Under the pieces are notes generated by a model. It saw only the letters and a list, made by a program, of their open reading frames with translations. It ran no database searches and was not told the DNA's origin. A stretch of 57,685 nucleotides of DNA from Verrucomicrobiota bacterium (GTDB lineage: Bacteria; Verrucomicrobiota; Verrucomicrobiia; Verrucomicrobiales; DEV007), in NCBI GenBank assembly GCA_045046875.1, contig JASFYY010000113.1:1-57685 (forward strand). The letters are read 5' to 3'. Positions 19,212 to 29,212 of the stretch are shown piece by piece (positions within the stretch are counted from its first letter, which is position 1; every line of letters starts with the position of its first letter). The position numbers were made by a program, and so were the translations under genes.

Positions 19212-20549
19212 TCACGAAAGCTTCCAAGGCGCGCGATACGGCAAAGCCACCAGCTTCTTCTGCGCTTCAGCGTCCCCAATCACTTCTTCCTTCGCCGGAT
19301 CCCATTTCAGTTTCCGTCCCAGTGCTTGTGAGACATAAGCAATATGCCCTGGTGTGATCGATCGATGCGCAGTCTCGGCCGGCGCCACACACTCCGTCCG
19401 GGTTTTCACTCCGTCGATAAAGTTACGATGATGTTCAGGCGCTTTGTAAGCCCGCTTCGGCCCCGGATTAAACCCCTTTTTCACCCATTCCGGATTCGAT
19501 GCTTCCAATTGGCCGCGGTTCACATACACCCAGCCGTTTTCACCAGTCCACTTGGTACCCATCGGGTTCACCGATCCGATACTGCTCTCGATTCCACCGG
19601 CGTAAGTGCAGCGCACTTCATAATCCACCGGTGAATTATAAACATCCGTTTCAGGGTAAGTCCAACCCACGGCTTCCACCGTCTGCGGCCCGCTTTTATC
19701 CATCCCGAGCGCCCAGTGATTGATGTCATTGTGGTGCCCGATCCAGTCCATCAACTGACCACCACCATAAGCCAAATGCCAGCGCCAGTTCCAGTGACTG
19801 CGCGCTTTCATGTAAGGCAACATCTCACTCGGCCCGGTCCAAAAATCGTAATCCAAATGATCCGGAGGCGTGGTGTTTTTTGTATCCCCCAAAGGTTGGT
19901 TGTGCCCCTTGGGCAAACCCACTTCCACCTTTCTCACCTTGCCAATCACTCCGTTCTGGATCAGCTCCACCGCCTGATGAAAATTAGCCGTCGACCTTTG
20001 TTGCGATCCTGTCTGAAAAATCGCTTTCCGTTTGGCCACCTCTTTATACAAAGCCTGACCTTCGGCAAACAAATGAGTTACCGGCTTTTCACAATAAACA
20101 TCCTTGCCGTGTTTCAAAGCTTCCATTCCAGCCAGCGCGTGCCAGTTATCCTGTGTCGCCACCAACACCGCATCGATGTCATCCCGGGCACACAGTTCAC
20201 GATAATCGGAATAAGCATCACAGCCTTTGAAGTCGCTGCCCTTCTGTTTCCCGTAATAACCTTCCACCGCAACCTTCGCCGCGTCACGGCCATAGGCCCT
20301 GCCCTTACGTCCCTCGTGTTTCCCGTAGTGCAATGTATCCACATCACAAACCGCCACGACCTGAACATCCGCCAATTTCAAAAAAGCGTCCATGTTGGCA
20401 AACCCCCGCCCGCCGACTCCGATCATCCCCATGGTGATGCGTTCACTGGGTGCGGCTTTGTTCACTCCTCCAAAAATCGAAGATGGCATAATAGCCGGAG
20501 CACTCACTGCAGCCGCAGCGGTAGAGATAAATTGACGACGGGTTTTCAT
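19212..20549 (-). CDS. Tat-exported Gfo/Idh/MocA oxidoreductase
   Basis: TRRQFI, GVGGRG, VCDVD, YCEKP, GSQQRS, DWIGHH.D. Confidence 0.92.
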   Translation of the reverse strand: MKTRRQFISTAAAAVSAPAIMPSSIFGGVNKAAPSERITMGMIGVGGRGFANMDAFLKLADVQVVAVCDVDTLHYGKHEGRKGRAYGRDAAKVAVEGYYGKQKGSDFKGCDAYSDYRELCARDDIDAVLVATQDNWHALAGMEALKHGKDVYCEKPVTHLFAEGQALYKEVAKRKAIFQTGSQQRSTANFHQAVELIQNGVIGKVRKVEVGLPKGHNQPLGDTKNTTPPDHLDYDFWTGPSEMLPYMKARSHWNWRWHLAYGGGQLMDWIGHHNDINHWALGMDKSGPQTVEAVGWTYPETDVYNSPVDYEVRCTYAGGIESSIGSVNPMGTKWTGENGWVYVNRGQLEASNPEWVKKGFNPGPKRAYKAPEHHRNFIDGVKTRTECVAPAETAHRSITPGHIAYVSQALGRKLKWDPAKEEVIGDAEAQKKLVALPYRAPWKLS

Positions 20550-20739
20550 AGCTAGGGAAAATAAGGGGTTCAAGAACAGCGTATTTTACGCACGAATACA
20601 AACTCAAGCACAGTATCGCCTCATCGACAAGTCATGTGGCACCAACTTCCTGCATCTCTTTGACCAACGATCTCCATTTACAAATCGTCCCACAGTGCCT
20701 ATTTTCCCTCCTACCCTGCCACTTCAAGCCTCCTTCCCC

Positions 20740-23700
20740 ATGCAACGATTACTCTACCTTCTTCTAATCTCTTTATTACTTCCCTCCCAGCAATCGCAAG
20801 CCGGTGACTGGCCTACTTTCCGCGGTGACATCCAGAGGCGCGGGATCGCTGATGAAAAAATAAATCCGGCCTCCTTAAAAAACCAATGGACCTGGCGCAG
20901 CAACTCTCCCCCACAAACAGCCTGGGCGGCTCCAGCGAGATGGGACGCTTACGCAAATATTGTAAATCTGCGGGCGATGAGAAATTACGACGCAGCCTTT
21001 GGAGTAGCCGTCGTCGGACAATCAGCCTTCGTGGCTTCTTCGAGCGAAGATTCGGTGATCTGTCTGGATCTTAACTCGGGCAAGGTGCGTTGGAGGTTCT
21101 GGACGGACGGCCCAGTGCGAATCACACCCACCGTCACTGAAGGCCGAGTCTTTTTCGGTTCGGATGATGGTCAGGCCTATTGCATTGATGCCAACACCGG
21201 CAAACTGATATGGAAATTCCGTCCCCCTGTGGAGGAACCCCTGGTGATTCACAACGGTCGCATGATCTCCCGTTGGCCCTGCCGCACTGGCGTATTGGTC
21301 AAAGACGGAAAAGCTTACTGCGGCTTTTCAATGTTACCCTGGGACCCCTCGTTCATCTGCGCCCTCGATACCAAAACAGGTAAAACAGACGCACCAGGCT
21401 GTTTTGTTCGCAAGCTGAATAGCGCCACCATCGAAGGCGCAATGGCAGCCTCCGACAATCTGCTGATAGCTCCCCAGGGGCGCATCCCCCCCATGCTGCT
21501 TAATCTTTCCGATGGCTCTGACAAAGGATCGTTGAAAGGTTACGACGGGAAAAAGAAAGGCGGCGGCGGAAGTTTTGTGATGATAGCAGATGATCAAACC
21601 CTCTGTCATGGTCCGGGCAATCAAACCGGATGGATCACCGTCAGCGACCTCAAAGCGGGGAAGGTTTTGTCCATGCATGAAGGGTTTAATTCCAGCGTTC
21701 ACAGCAGCGAGACGGCCTACCGCCTGTCAGACAATCAAGTCAGCGCCATTGATCGTAAAACTCAAAAAACCCTCTGGAAAAGTAAAATCCCTCAGGCCCA
21801 CGAACTGATTCTAAATGGCAAAACATTGTTCATCGCTGCACGCGACAAAGTGATCGCTTTGGATGTGAATAAAGGCAAACAAGTGTGGAGCGCTCCGGTT
21901 GAGGGCGACGCCCGTTTATTACTGGTGGCCGGAGGCTCCCTGCTGGTCAGCACCGACGAAGGCGTCATCCATTGTTTTAACGCCAAGGGAACAAGTGAGC
22001 CCTCGGCAGCAAAAGCTAAAGCTAAAAAAACAACTCCGATCATTGAAACCCCACAAAAACTCGAAGCTCCCCGCATCCCCGGCCTGGCCGGGCACTGGGC
22101 TTTTCACACCGGCATGAGCGACCGTGCCAAACGCCGCGGACTGACTGACGTGGAACGGCGGGTAGTGGATCTGGGCGGACGCATTGATGGCACCATTCTA
22201 GGCGAAGTGAACCTGCGTCAAGCCGGCGGGATTGAAGCCTTGTTATTGGACGGCATTGGCAACAGCGTGATCCTGGCTGAGGATCACAGTAAGGTCAAAC
22301 TGCCTCAGAAACAGATAACAGCCGAAGCCTGGGTTCGCGTGGACAAACCGACCAAATGGGGCGGAATCATCGGAGCGATCCAGGATAATGGTTCCTACGA
22401 AAAAGGATGGATCCTAGGCTACAATGACTCAAAATTCTCCTTCACGATCAATGGCAAAGGTGGGGATGACAGATTGACCTACCTGCAGAGCACCAGCAAT
22501 TTCAAAAACGAAACCTGGTATCACGTCGTGGGGACCTACGACGGCAAAACCCAGCGGATCTACGTCAACGGCGTGCTCGAGAATTCTTCGACCGAGCAGT
22601 CGGGAGATATCAACTACCCACCGCAGGCTTTTTTTGAAATCGGTGCCTACCATGACAAGGATGAACTCCACCGGATGAAGGGCCAGGTGCATGAAGTCCG
22701 TCTTTATTCAAGAGCACTGGATCAAAATGAATTACTGACCAACTATCAAAACAAAAAAAGCGCCTTACCCAAACCCATTTTCCTCCCCGTCGGTCCCTAC
22801 GCTCGTTTTGTTGATCGACAAACCGTGGAGGTAAGCTGGCAGACTGACGAAGCCTCGCCCAGCACCTTGATCCTCAATACGGAAAATGGAAAACGGAAGG
22901 TAACGGATGCAAAACCCAAAACCAAACACCGACTGCGCATCGGAGGGCTGAAGCGTAATCGCATTTATCACTATCAGATCGCAACCGGAACTTCAGGGAT
23001 CAGCCCTGCCTTTGAACTGGATACCACCTTTAATTTCACCCAGCCCTCCCTACCCAAACGACCAAACCCTTACCCTCAAAACAACGATGGCAAGGCAATA
23101 GAAAAAACCGCAAAAACCCTGCTCACCCAATCCAATATCACCACCGGTATTTGCCTGATAATGGGAGCCGGAGACGGGCACTTGATGTATGAACTCGCTC
23201 GCCAGTCCAATTTGACCGTGATCGGACTTGAGACCGATGAGGCAAAAGTCTCCAAGGCACGAGCCGCGCTGACTCAAGCCGGCATTTACGGACGCCGGGT
23301 AACGATCCGCAAAGTCGAGTCGCTCGATCACATCCCCTACACCGGGGAATTTGCTAACCTGATTGTTTACGGTCAACTGTTAAAAGATGGCAAGATCGCA
23401 GGAAACAGCAAAGAAGTGCTGCGCTTGCTACGACCCGATGGCGGCCTGGCATTGATCGGACAAAACAGCGGTTCCTCCCCGCAGGTAACAGCTGCGCAAC
23501 TCACTGCCTGGAGCGGTAAAGTTGACAGCAAAGTGACTACAACAAAACAAGGCGCCTGGGCTCGAATCACCCGAGCTCCCCTGCAAGGGGCCGGCGAATG
23601 GTCGCATTTGTATGGACGTGCCGACAATTCAGCCTACGGCGGAGAAAACCTGGGTGGCGCCCGCAAAACCGACGACCTGCGGGTGCAGTGGCTGGGACGT

Positions 23701-24891
23701 CCCGGCCCGCGCGCACAGCCTGACCGCAACGGGCGCAAACCTTCCCCGCTGTCAGCAGGGGGACGTTTATTTGTCCAGGGATTGCACCGCGTGATTGCTA
23801 TCGACGCCTACAACGGCACCATTTTATGGTCACTGGAAATCCCCCCGATGCAGCGATTCAACGTGCCGCGTGACAGCAGCAACTGGTGTGCCGACAAAAA
23901 TCATGTCTTCGTAGCCATCAAAGATGCCCTCTGGCAAATCAACGCCCAAACCGGCAAGGTCGAATCCATCACCCCCGTTCACCCCGGTGATCACAAGGAC
24001 TGGAAATACGACTGGTCTTACATCGCCCGCCACCAGGACAAGGTGATCGGCAGCGCGGTCAAAAGCGGATCGTCCTATATCGAATTCTGGGGAGGCTCGG
24101 GAGCGGGCTGGTACGATGATCGCAAAGGCCCTATAACCTTTAAAGTGTGCAGCGATAATATTTTTGCCCGGGACAAAAAAACCGGAAGGCAACTGTGGAC
24201 TTATGCAAATGGAGTCATACTCAATTCGACCATCACCGTAGCAGGCACGCAGGTGTTTTTTGTCGAAAGCCGCAACCCCAAAGTGCTCGCTTCACAATCG
24301 CGGCGCATCGGCATCCCCGAACTGTGGCAGGATCAATACCTCGTCGCACTCGACCTCGAGACCGGCAGCATCATCTGGGAGCAAGAGATGAAAATCAACA
24401 AAGGCACGGTGATGGTTCACATGGCCCAGGGGGAAGGCACCCTGGTCATCGCCGCGTCAGGGGAAACAAAATACAACATCTACGGGCTGGATCAAAATAC
24501 TGGCAAAAAGCTCTGGCATCGTGAACTGGACTGGATCAAAGAAAAAGGAGATCACGGGATGGCAATGTCACGACCTGGGATTGCCAGCGGCCGTTTGTAC
24601 ATGCGCCCCCATGTGCTGGATATAAAAAGCGGTGAAACCGTCGGAACCATGCCCGCCGGTCATTGCGGAACCTATGCCCTGACCAGCAACACCGCCATCT
24701 ACCGTAAAGGCAATGTCACCATGTGGGACCGCGAGGATAATAAATTAAGTAGTTGGAAACGTCTGCGACCGGGCTGTTGGTTGAGCACCATACCCGCCGC
24801 TGGCATGCTGCTCTCACCCGAAGCCGGAGGTGGTTGCAGTTGCGGCATCTGGATCGAAACCTCACTTGGATTTATCCCCAGGCAAAAATAA
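20740..24891 (+). CDS. Large multidomain protein: PQQ-like propeller, LamG, FN3-like, SAM-methyltransferase-like, PQQ-like propeller
   Basis: DWPTFRGD, W-rich propeller repeats, WYHVVGTYDG, VSWQTD, GAGDG motif, EWSHLYG, C-terminal RPGCW...GCSC. Confidence 0.85.
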   Translation: MQRLLYLLLISLLLPSQQSQAGDWPTFRGDIQRRGIADEKINPASLKNQWTWRSNSPPQTAWAAPARWDAYANIVNLRAMRNYDAAFGVAVVGQSAFVASSSEDSVICLDLNSGKVRWRFWTDGPVRITPTVTEGRVFFGSDDGQAYCIDANTGKLIWKFRPPVEEPLVIHNGRMISRWPCRTGVLVKDGKAYCGFSMLPWDPSFICALDTKTGKTDAPGCFVRKLNSATIEGAMAASDNLLIAPQGRIPPMLLNLSDGSDKGSLKGYDGKKKGGGGSFVMIADDQTLCHGPGNQTGWITVSDLKAGKVLSMHEGFNSSVHSSETAYRLSDNQVSAIDRKTQKTLWKSKIPQAHELILNGKTLFIAARDKVIALDVNKGKQVWSAPVEGDARLLLVAGGSLLVSTDEGVIHCFNAKGTSEPSAAKAKAKKTTPIIETPQKLEAPRIPGLAGHWAFHTGMSDRAKRRGLTDVERRVVDLGGRIDGTILGEVNLRQAGGIEALLLDGIGNSVILAEDHSKVKLPQKQITAEAWVRVDKPTKWGGIIGAIQDNGSYEKGWILGYNDSKFSFTINGKGGDDRLTYLQSTSNFKNETWYHVVGTYDGKTQRIYVNGVLENSSTEQSGDINYPPQAFFEIGAYHDKDELHRMKGQVHEVRLYSRALDQNELLTNYQNKKSALPKPIFLPVGPYARFVDRQTVEVSWQTDEASPSTLILNTENGKRKVTDAKPKTKHRLRIGGLKRNRIYHYQIATGTSGISPAFELDTTFNFTQPSLPKRPNPYPQNNDGKAIEKTAKTLLTQSNITTGICLIMGAGDGHLMYELARQSNLTVIGLETDEAKVSKARAALTQAGIYGRRVTIRKVESLDHIPYTGEFANLIVYGQLLKDGKIAGNSKEVLRLLRPDGGLALIGQNSGSSPQVTAAQLTAWSGKVDSKVTTTKQGAWARITRAPLQGAGEWSHLYGRADNSAYGGENLGGARKTDDLRVQWLGRPGPRAQPDRNGRKPSPLSAGGRLFVQGLHRVIAIDAYNGTILWSLEIPPMQRFNVPRDSSNWCADKNHVFVAIKDALWQINAQTGKVESITPVHPGDHKDWKYDWSYIARHQDKVIGSAVKSGSSYIEFWGGSGAGWYDDRKGPITFKVCSDNIFARDKKTGRQLWTYANGVILNSTITVAGTQVFFVESRNPKVLASQSRRIGIPELWQDQYLVALDLETGSIIWEQEMKINKGTVMVHMAQGEGTLVIAASGETKYNIYGLDQNTGKKLWHRELDWIKEKGDHGMAMSRPGIASGRLYMRPHVLDIKSGETVGTMPAGHCGTYALTSNTAIYRKGNVTMWDREDNKLSSWKRLRPGCWLSTIPAAGMLLSPEAGGGCSCGIWIETSLGFIPRQK

Positions 24892-24897
24892 CCAGAA

Positions 24898-25683
24898 CTA
24901 TTTAGGAGAATTGACCAGGGCCTCTGTGCGGCAGTCCTTCAACACAATACCCCCGTCTACCCGCAAAACGGATCCAGTGATGTAGTCCGCATCATCCGAA
25001 GCGAGAAAAGCCGCCGCCTTGCCAATATCCGCAGGCACCCCCAAACGTCCCCAGGGCATATTCGCAGCCTCCTCCTTCATTCGCTCTTCCCCGAAAGCCT
25101 TGCGCTCACCGGGAGTATCGATCCAACCCGGTTCAATCACATTCACATTGATCCGGTGCTGCGACAGCTCCGTCGCTATCGTGCGCGCCATGTGATTCAA
25201 TCCCGCTTTGGCGGTATTGTATGCCGTGCTCAAGCCATAAGGCATGTAGGCATGCACACTCGAAATAAACACAATCTTGCCACCACCATTTTCCACCATG
25301 TGTCGAGCCACTAACTGGCTCATATGAAAACCACTCGTCAAAGCTCCATTGATCACAAACTCAAAATCCTCTGGTTTGATATCAAGAAACTCACAGCGCC
25401 GACTGGCCGCCGGGTTGCTCACGAGAATATCTATTTTCCCCAGCGCAGCGACCGCTTCCGTTACCAGCCTCACACATTCATCACGCTCAAAGATATTAGC
25501 CGTGATCACCCGGCATTCCCTACCTAAAGCTCTGATTTCTTCCGCGGTCTGTTCCACCTCCTCGCTGCCAGGACGATCATTGATCACCAAGTCAGCTCCA
25601 GCCCGAGCTAACTCCAAAGCACAACCTTTCCCTATCCCTTGTCCCGCCCCTGTCACCAGAGCATTTTTACCTGATAAGTTCAT
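24898..25683 (-). CDS. Short-chain dehydrogenase/reductase (glucose 1-dehydrogenase-like)
   Basis: TGAGQGIG, SSVH, YNTAK, PGWIDT, VDGG. Confidence 0.92.
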   Translation of the reverse strand: MNLSGKNALVTGAGQGIGKGCALELARAGADLVINDRPGSEEVEQTAEEIRALGRECRVITANIFERDECVRLVTEAVAALGKIDILVSNPAASRRCEFLDIKPEDFEFVINGALTSGFHMSQLVARHMVENGGGKIVFISSVHAYMPYGLSTAYNTAKAGLNHMARTIATELSQHRINVNVIEPGWIDTPGERKAFGEERMKEEAANMPWGRLGVPADIGKAAAFLASDDADYITGSVLRVDGGIVLKDCRTEALVNSPK

Positions 25684-25699
25684 CTGTATCGAATTGAAT

Positions 25700-26473
25700 T
25701 TAGTCAGCGTAAACTTTAGCTAATTTTTGCCCATGGTCATCAAGCATATTCTTCAGCGTCATGAAGTCCCCTCCAAAAGCAAGCAGTTGCGCCCCTTTCT
25801 CCTTCAATCTCTCCACGGCTTCAATACTGCCCGCCGGACAACCCCAGGCTTTGCCCTCACGAGCTGCTGCTGCCGCCACCTTGTCATAGACCTCTTCCAA
25901 CTGCAACGATCCGGCTCCAGGTTGACGCAAACGCAAACCCAGATCCCCTGGCCCAATAAATAGTCCATCCACCCCGGGCACCGCCGCGATCTCATCGACA
26001 TTATTCACCGCCTCGATCGTCTCAATTTGAACCACCAGAAAAGTTTCACGGTTAGCTTCTTCGGTAAAATTCTCGCCACCTTGCAGAATAAAGTCGCTAT
26101 CCAAACCTGCTCCATCCAAACCGCGATCCCCCAAAGGAGGGAACTTCACCGCATCCACCAAAGCCTGCGCTTTCTCCACCGTCGACACATGGGGAATCAT
26201 CAAACCCGTCGCTCCATCTTCCAAATAACGATAGAGGCTGGTTTTTTCCACTGTCGCCGGACGTAACATGCAATCGATGTCAGCCAGATGAAAATGCGTC
26301 AACAGAGCAGCGATTTCCCTATCACTGAAAGTGCGGTGCTCCATGTCCAACCAAATCAAATCAAATCCAGCATTCGCCGCATGGTGAATATAAGAAGGAA
26401 TAAAATGCCCCAAAACGCACATCCGTGCGGGTTGGCCTTCTTTTATTCTTGTCAGGGTTTTACTTTTTCTCAT
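25700..26473 (-). CDS. HpcH/HpaI family class II aldolase
   Basis: WLDMEH, KFPPLGDRG, VQIET, LFIGPGDL. Confidence 0.9.
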   Translation of the reverse strand: MRKSKTLTRIKEGQPARMCVLGHFIPSYIHHAANAGFDLIWLDMEHRTFSDREIAALLTHFHLADIDCMLRPATVEKTSLYRYLEDGATGLMIPHVSTVEKAQALVDAVKFPPLGDRGLDGAGLDSDFILQGGENFTEEANRETFLVVQIETIEAVNNVDEIAAVPGVDGLFIGPGDLGLRLRQPGAGSLQLEEVYDKVAAAAAREGKAWGCPAGSIEAVERLKEKGAQLLAFGGDFMTLKNMLDDHGQKLAKVYAD

Positions 26474-26581
26474 AGAATATCTCGATTGAGCTGAGTTCAC
26501 CTTACGCCGTTTTTTTCATTTCGACAGCATAATTGCAGAGCCTCCCGCTTTTCATTTCGAAAAGCCTCCTGCACCGCCCGG

Positions 26582-26651
26582 TAATAATTCGATTCACTAA
26601 TAATTCGATAAATTCATACGGTCTTGACAGAAGCAATCAGATTTATAACTT
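26582..26651 (+). promoter_or_regulatory. Direct repeat TAATAATTCGAT x2 plus a sigma70-like promoter
   Basis: 12-mers at 26582-26593 and 26598-26609; TTGACA at 26624-26629; TAACTT at 26646-26651. Confidence 0.5.
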
Positions 26652-26721
26652 TCCTAGATTTCCAATGACTGTCGAATCCAAATCCAGCTCTACAGGCGCG
26701 ACAGAAAGAATTGCTTCTCCA

Positions 26722-27904
26722 ATGACAACACCGAACAAAAAAGAAGCCAACCGTGGACAACCCGCAGCACTGCGCCGGATAAACATCGACTCCATTGTGC
26801 GAAAAATCCAAACCGACGCTCCCATCAGTCGCGCCGATCTCGCACGCTCTACCAAGCTGAGCTATCCCACGGTGATGAAAATCGGCAACATGCTGCTGGA
26901 TAGCCGGATTGCAGAGTGGCTGCCTGATGAAATCCAGGAATCCAGCGGACGGGGACGCCCGGCTTCATTCATGCAAATGGCCCGCACCCAATCACATGTG
27001 ATTGCCCTCTCCTTCCGCCCCACCCACCATTCTGGCCGCCACTGCCGGCCTCGACGGGCGGACACTACAGGAAATCACTGCACCCATTCCGCAAAGTTAC
27101 CCGGAGATCCTACAGACCAGCCAGCAATTGATCAAAAAATTACAACAAGGCAATGCCTCGCGCACTCTAGGAATCGGGCTCTCTGTGCCAGGCCAGATCG
27201 ACACGGGCTGCAACGATTTGATCCTGCAATCCCCCAACATACCCTGCATGGAAGGGCAGCGCATCAGCACGGATTTGAGTAAGCTCACCCAACTACCAAC
27301 TGTAGCGGTCAGTACCATGCGAGCTCTTTACAACTCGGAAATCATACGTGGACAAGCGACCTCTTACGATAACTTCGTCGTGCTGAGCTATTTTTCCGGT
27401 ATGGCTCTCTCCATGTCATGCAACGGAAACTATGTCACAGGTGCCAATGGCATGGCGGGTGAACTAGGCCACTTCATCGTCGACCCGAAAGGCGAGCTCT
27501 GTGGCTGCGGTAACCGCGGTTGCATCGAAACCCTCGCCACCGATCTCGCGCTTTCACAAGCCATATCGCGTAATCTCGGGCGCAAAGTCGAGGTAGAAGA
27601 AATGCTCGAACTGATACGCAAATCCCCTGAACGTTTTGCGCCCGAAATCGACCACATGCTCAGCTACCTCGCTATCGCCATCGGCGCCACGATTAATATT
27701 TTTAATCCTGAAGCCATATTCCTCTACGGCCGCCTGCTTGAGGTCAACGACACTTTCATCGTTAAACTAAGGAAAAAAATCCCTGATAAATGCCTCAAAA
27801 GCCTGGCTTCCAAATGTTTAGTGAAACGCTCTAAGTCCACTATGATCCAAGGCGCCGCTCTCGCCATTGCCAAGCAACTCACCGGTGAACTCAGTACCAA
27901 CTAG
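26722..27904 (+). pseudogene. ROK family transcriptional regulator split by a one-base insertion (or sequencing error)
   Basis: ORF 26533-27282 has the HTH up to SFRPT and ORF 27002-27904 has the ROK domain (GELGH, CGCGNRGC). Both are colinear with the paralog at 27996; the extra base lies in the C-rich tract 27019-27028. Confidence 0.85.
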
Positions 27905-27995
27905 CAGCATGTGCCTATTCGCATATAAGCTACCACCTATGTCCACCTGATCCGCCCTTGACAAGCACACAAGATTTTACAACGTTTTCACTGCA

Positions 27996-29201
27996 ATGAG
28001 TAATAATCCGGAAACCACCCACAATAAAAGTAACAAAGAGGTTAACCCCGGGCAACCAGGATCTCTACGCCGCATCAATATTGAGCGCATTGTGCGCAAG
28101 ATCCAGACCGACTCCCCCATCACCCGCTCGGATTTGGTACGCTCCACTGGATTGAGCTACCCCACCGTGATGAAAATTGCCGATTTCCTGCTGGAAAAAA
28201 ACATGGTGGAATGGGATCTGGATGAAAACAACGAAACCGGCGGTCGCGGACGTCCCGCTTCCTACATGCAAATGGCAGGCAACTCGGCCCATGTGATCGC
28301 CATCTCTTTCCGTCCTACTTACATCCATGGCGCGATATCCTCCCTTGATGGCAAGATCATCAAAGAAATGGAGTGCCCCATCCCCTCAACTTACCCGGAA
28401 ATACTCGAAGCCAGTGTCCGATTAATCAAGGACTTGCAACAAGGCAGTAAGTCACGAACACTGGGAGTAGGACTGGCCAGTCCCGGCCTGCTGGAAATAG
28501 GCAAGCACTCGAAACTCACCATCTCAGCAAATATTCCCGCCCTCACCGAACACTTCATCGCGGAAGATCTTGCTGAACTCATCAACCTACCGACGGTCAT
28601 CGTCGGCACAATGCGCTCCTTGTACAATTCCGAAATCATACGCGGCCATGCCGTCGATCACAAAAACTTTGCCATTTTGAACTACTACGCAGGAATGGGG
28701 CTCGCCGTTTCAAGTAACGGCAACTACATTGATGGTGCCCACGGAATGGCTGGCGAGTTGGGACACATCGTCGTCGAAGTCGGCGGAGAACTTTGCGGTT
28801 GTGGCAACCGGGGTTGCTTGGAAACCCGTGCCACCGACCACGCCCTGGCTAAATCCATCTCCAAGAAAATGGAGCGCACCATCAGCGTCGATGAAATGAG
28901 CGAATTGATTCGTAAATCTCCCAGCCGTTTCGAAGACGAAATCGACCAGATGCTCAACTTCCTGGCGATCTCCATCGGCATGACGATCAATATCTTCAAC
29001 CCTGAAACGGTACTGCTCTACGGAAGGCTGCTCGACATCCACCCTTCTTTTTTCGACAAATTACAGAAAAAAGTTCCCGCCACCTGCCTCAGCAGCCTGG
29101 CCGCCACCTGCACTTTGAAAAAATCCAATTCACGCACCATCGAAGGAGCCGCCCTGGCCATCGTTGAAGAACTGACCAACAAGTTAAGCTCAAAAAACTA
29201 A
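27996..29201 (+). CDS. ROK family transcriptional regulator (NagC/XylR-like)
   Basis: ITRSDL...LSYPTV HTH, GRGRP, GMAGELGH, CGCGNRGCLE. Confidence 0.93.
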   Translation: MSNNPETTHNKSNKEVNPGQPGSLRRINIERIVRKIQTDSPITRSDLVRSTGLSYPTVMKIADFLLEKNMVEWDLDENNETGGRGRPASYMQMAGNSAHVIAISFRPTYIHGAISSLDGKIIKEMECPIPSTYPEILEASVRLIKDLQQGSKSRTLGVGLASPGLLEIGKHSKLTISANIPALTEHFIAEDLAELINLPTVIVGTMRSLYNSEIIRGHAVDHKNFAILNYYAGMGLAVSSNGNYIDGAHGMAGELGHIVVEVGGELCGCGNRGCLETRATDHALAKSISKKMERTISVDEMSELIRKSPSRFEDEIDQMLNFLAISIGMTINIFNPETVLLYGRLLDIHPSFFDKLQKKVPATCLSSLAATCTLKKSNSRTIEGAALAIVEELTNKLSSKN

Positions 29202-29212
29202 AAACAAATCCA

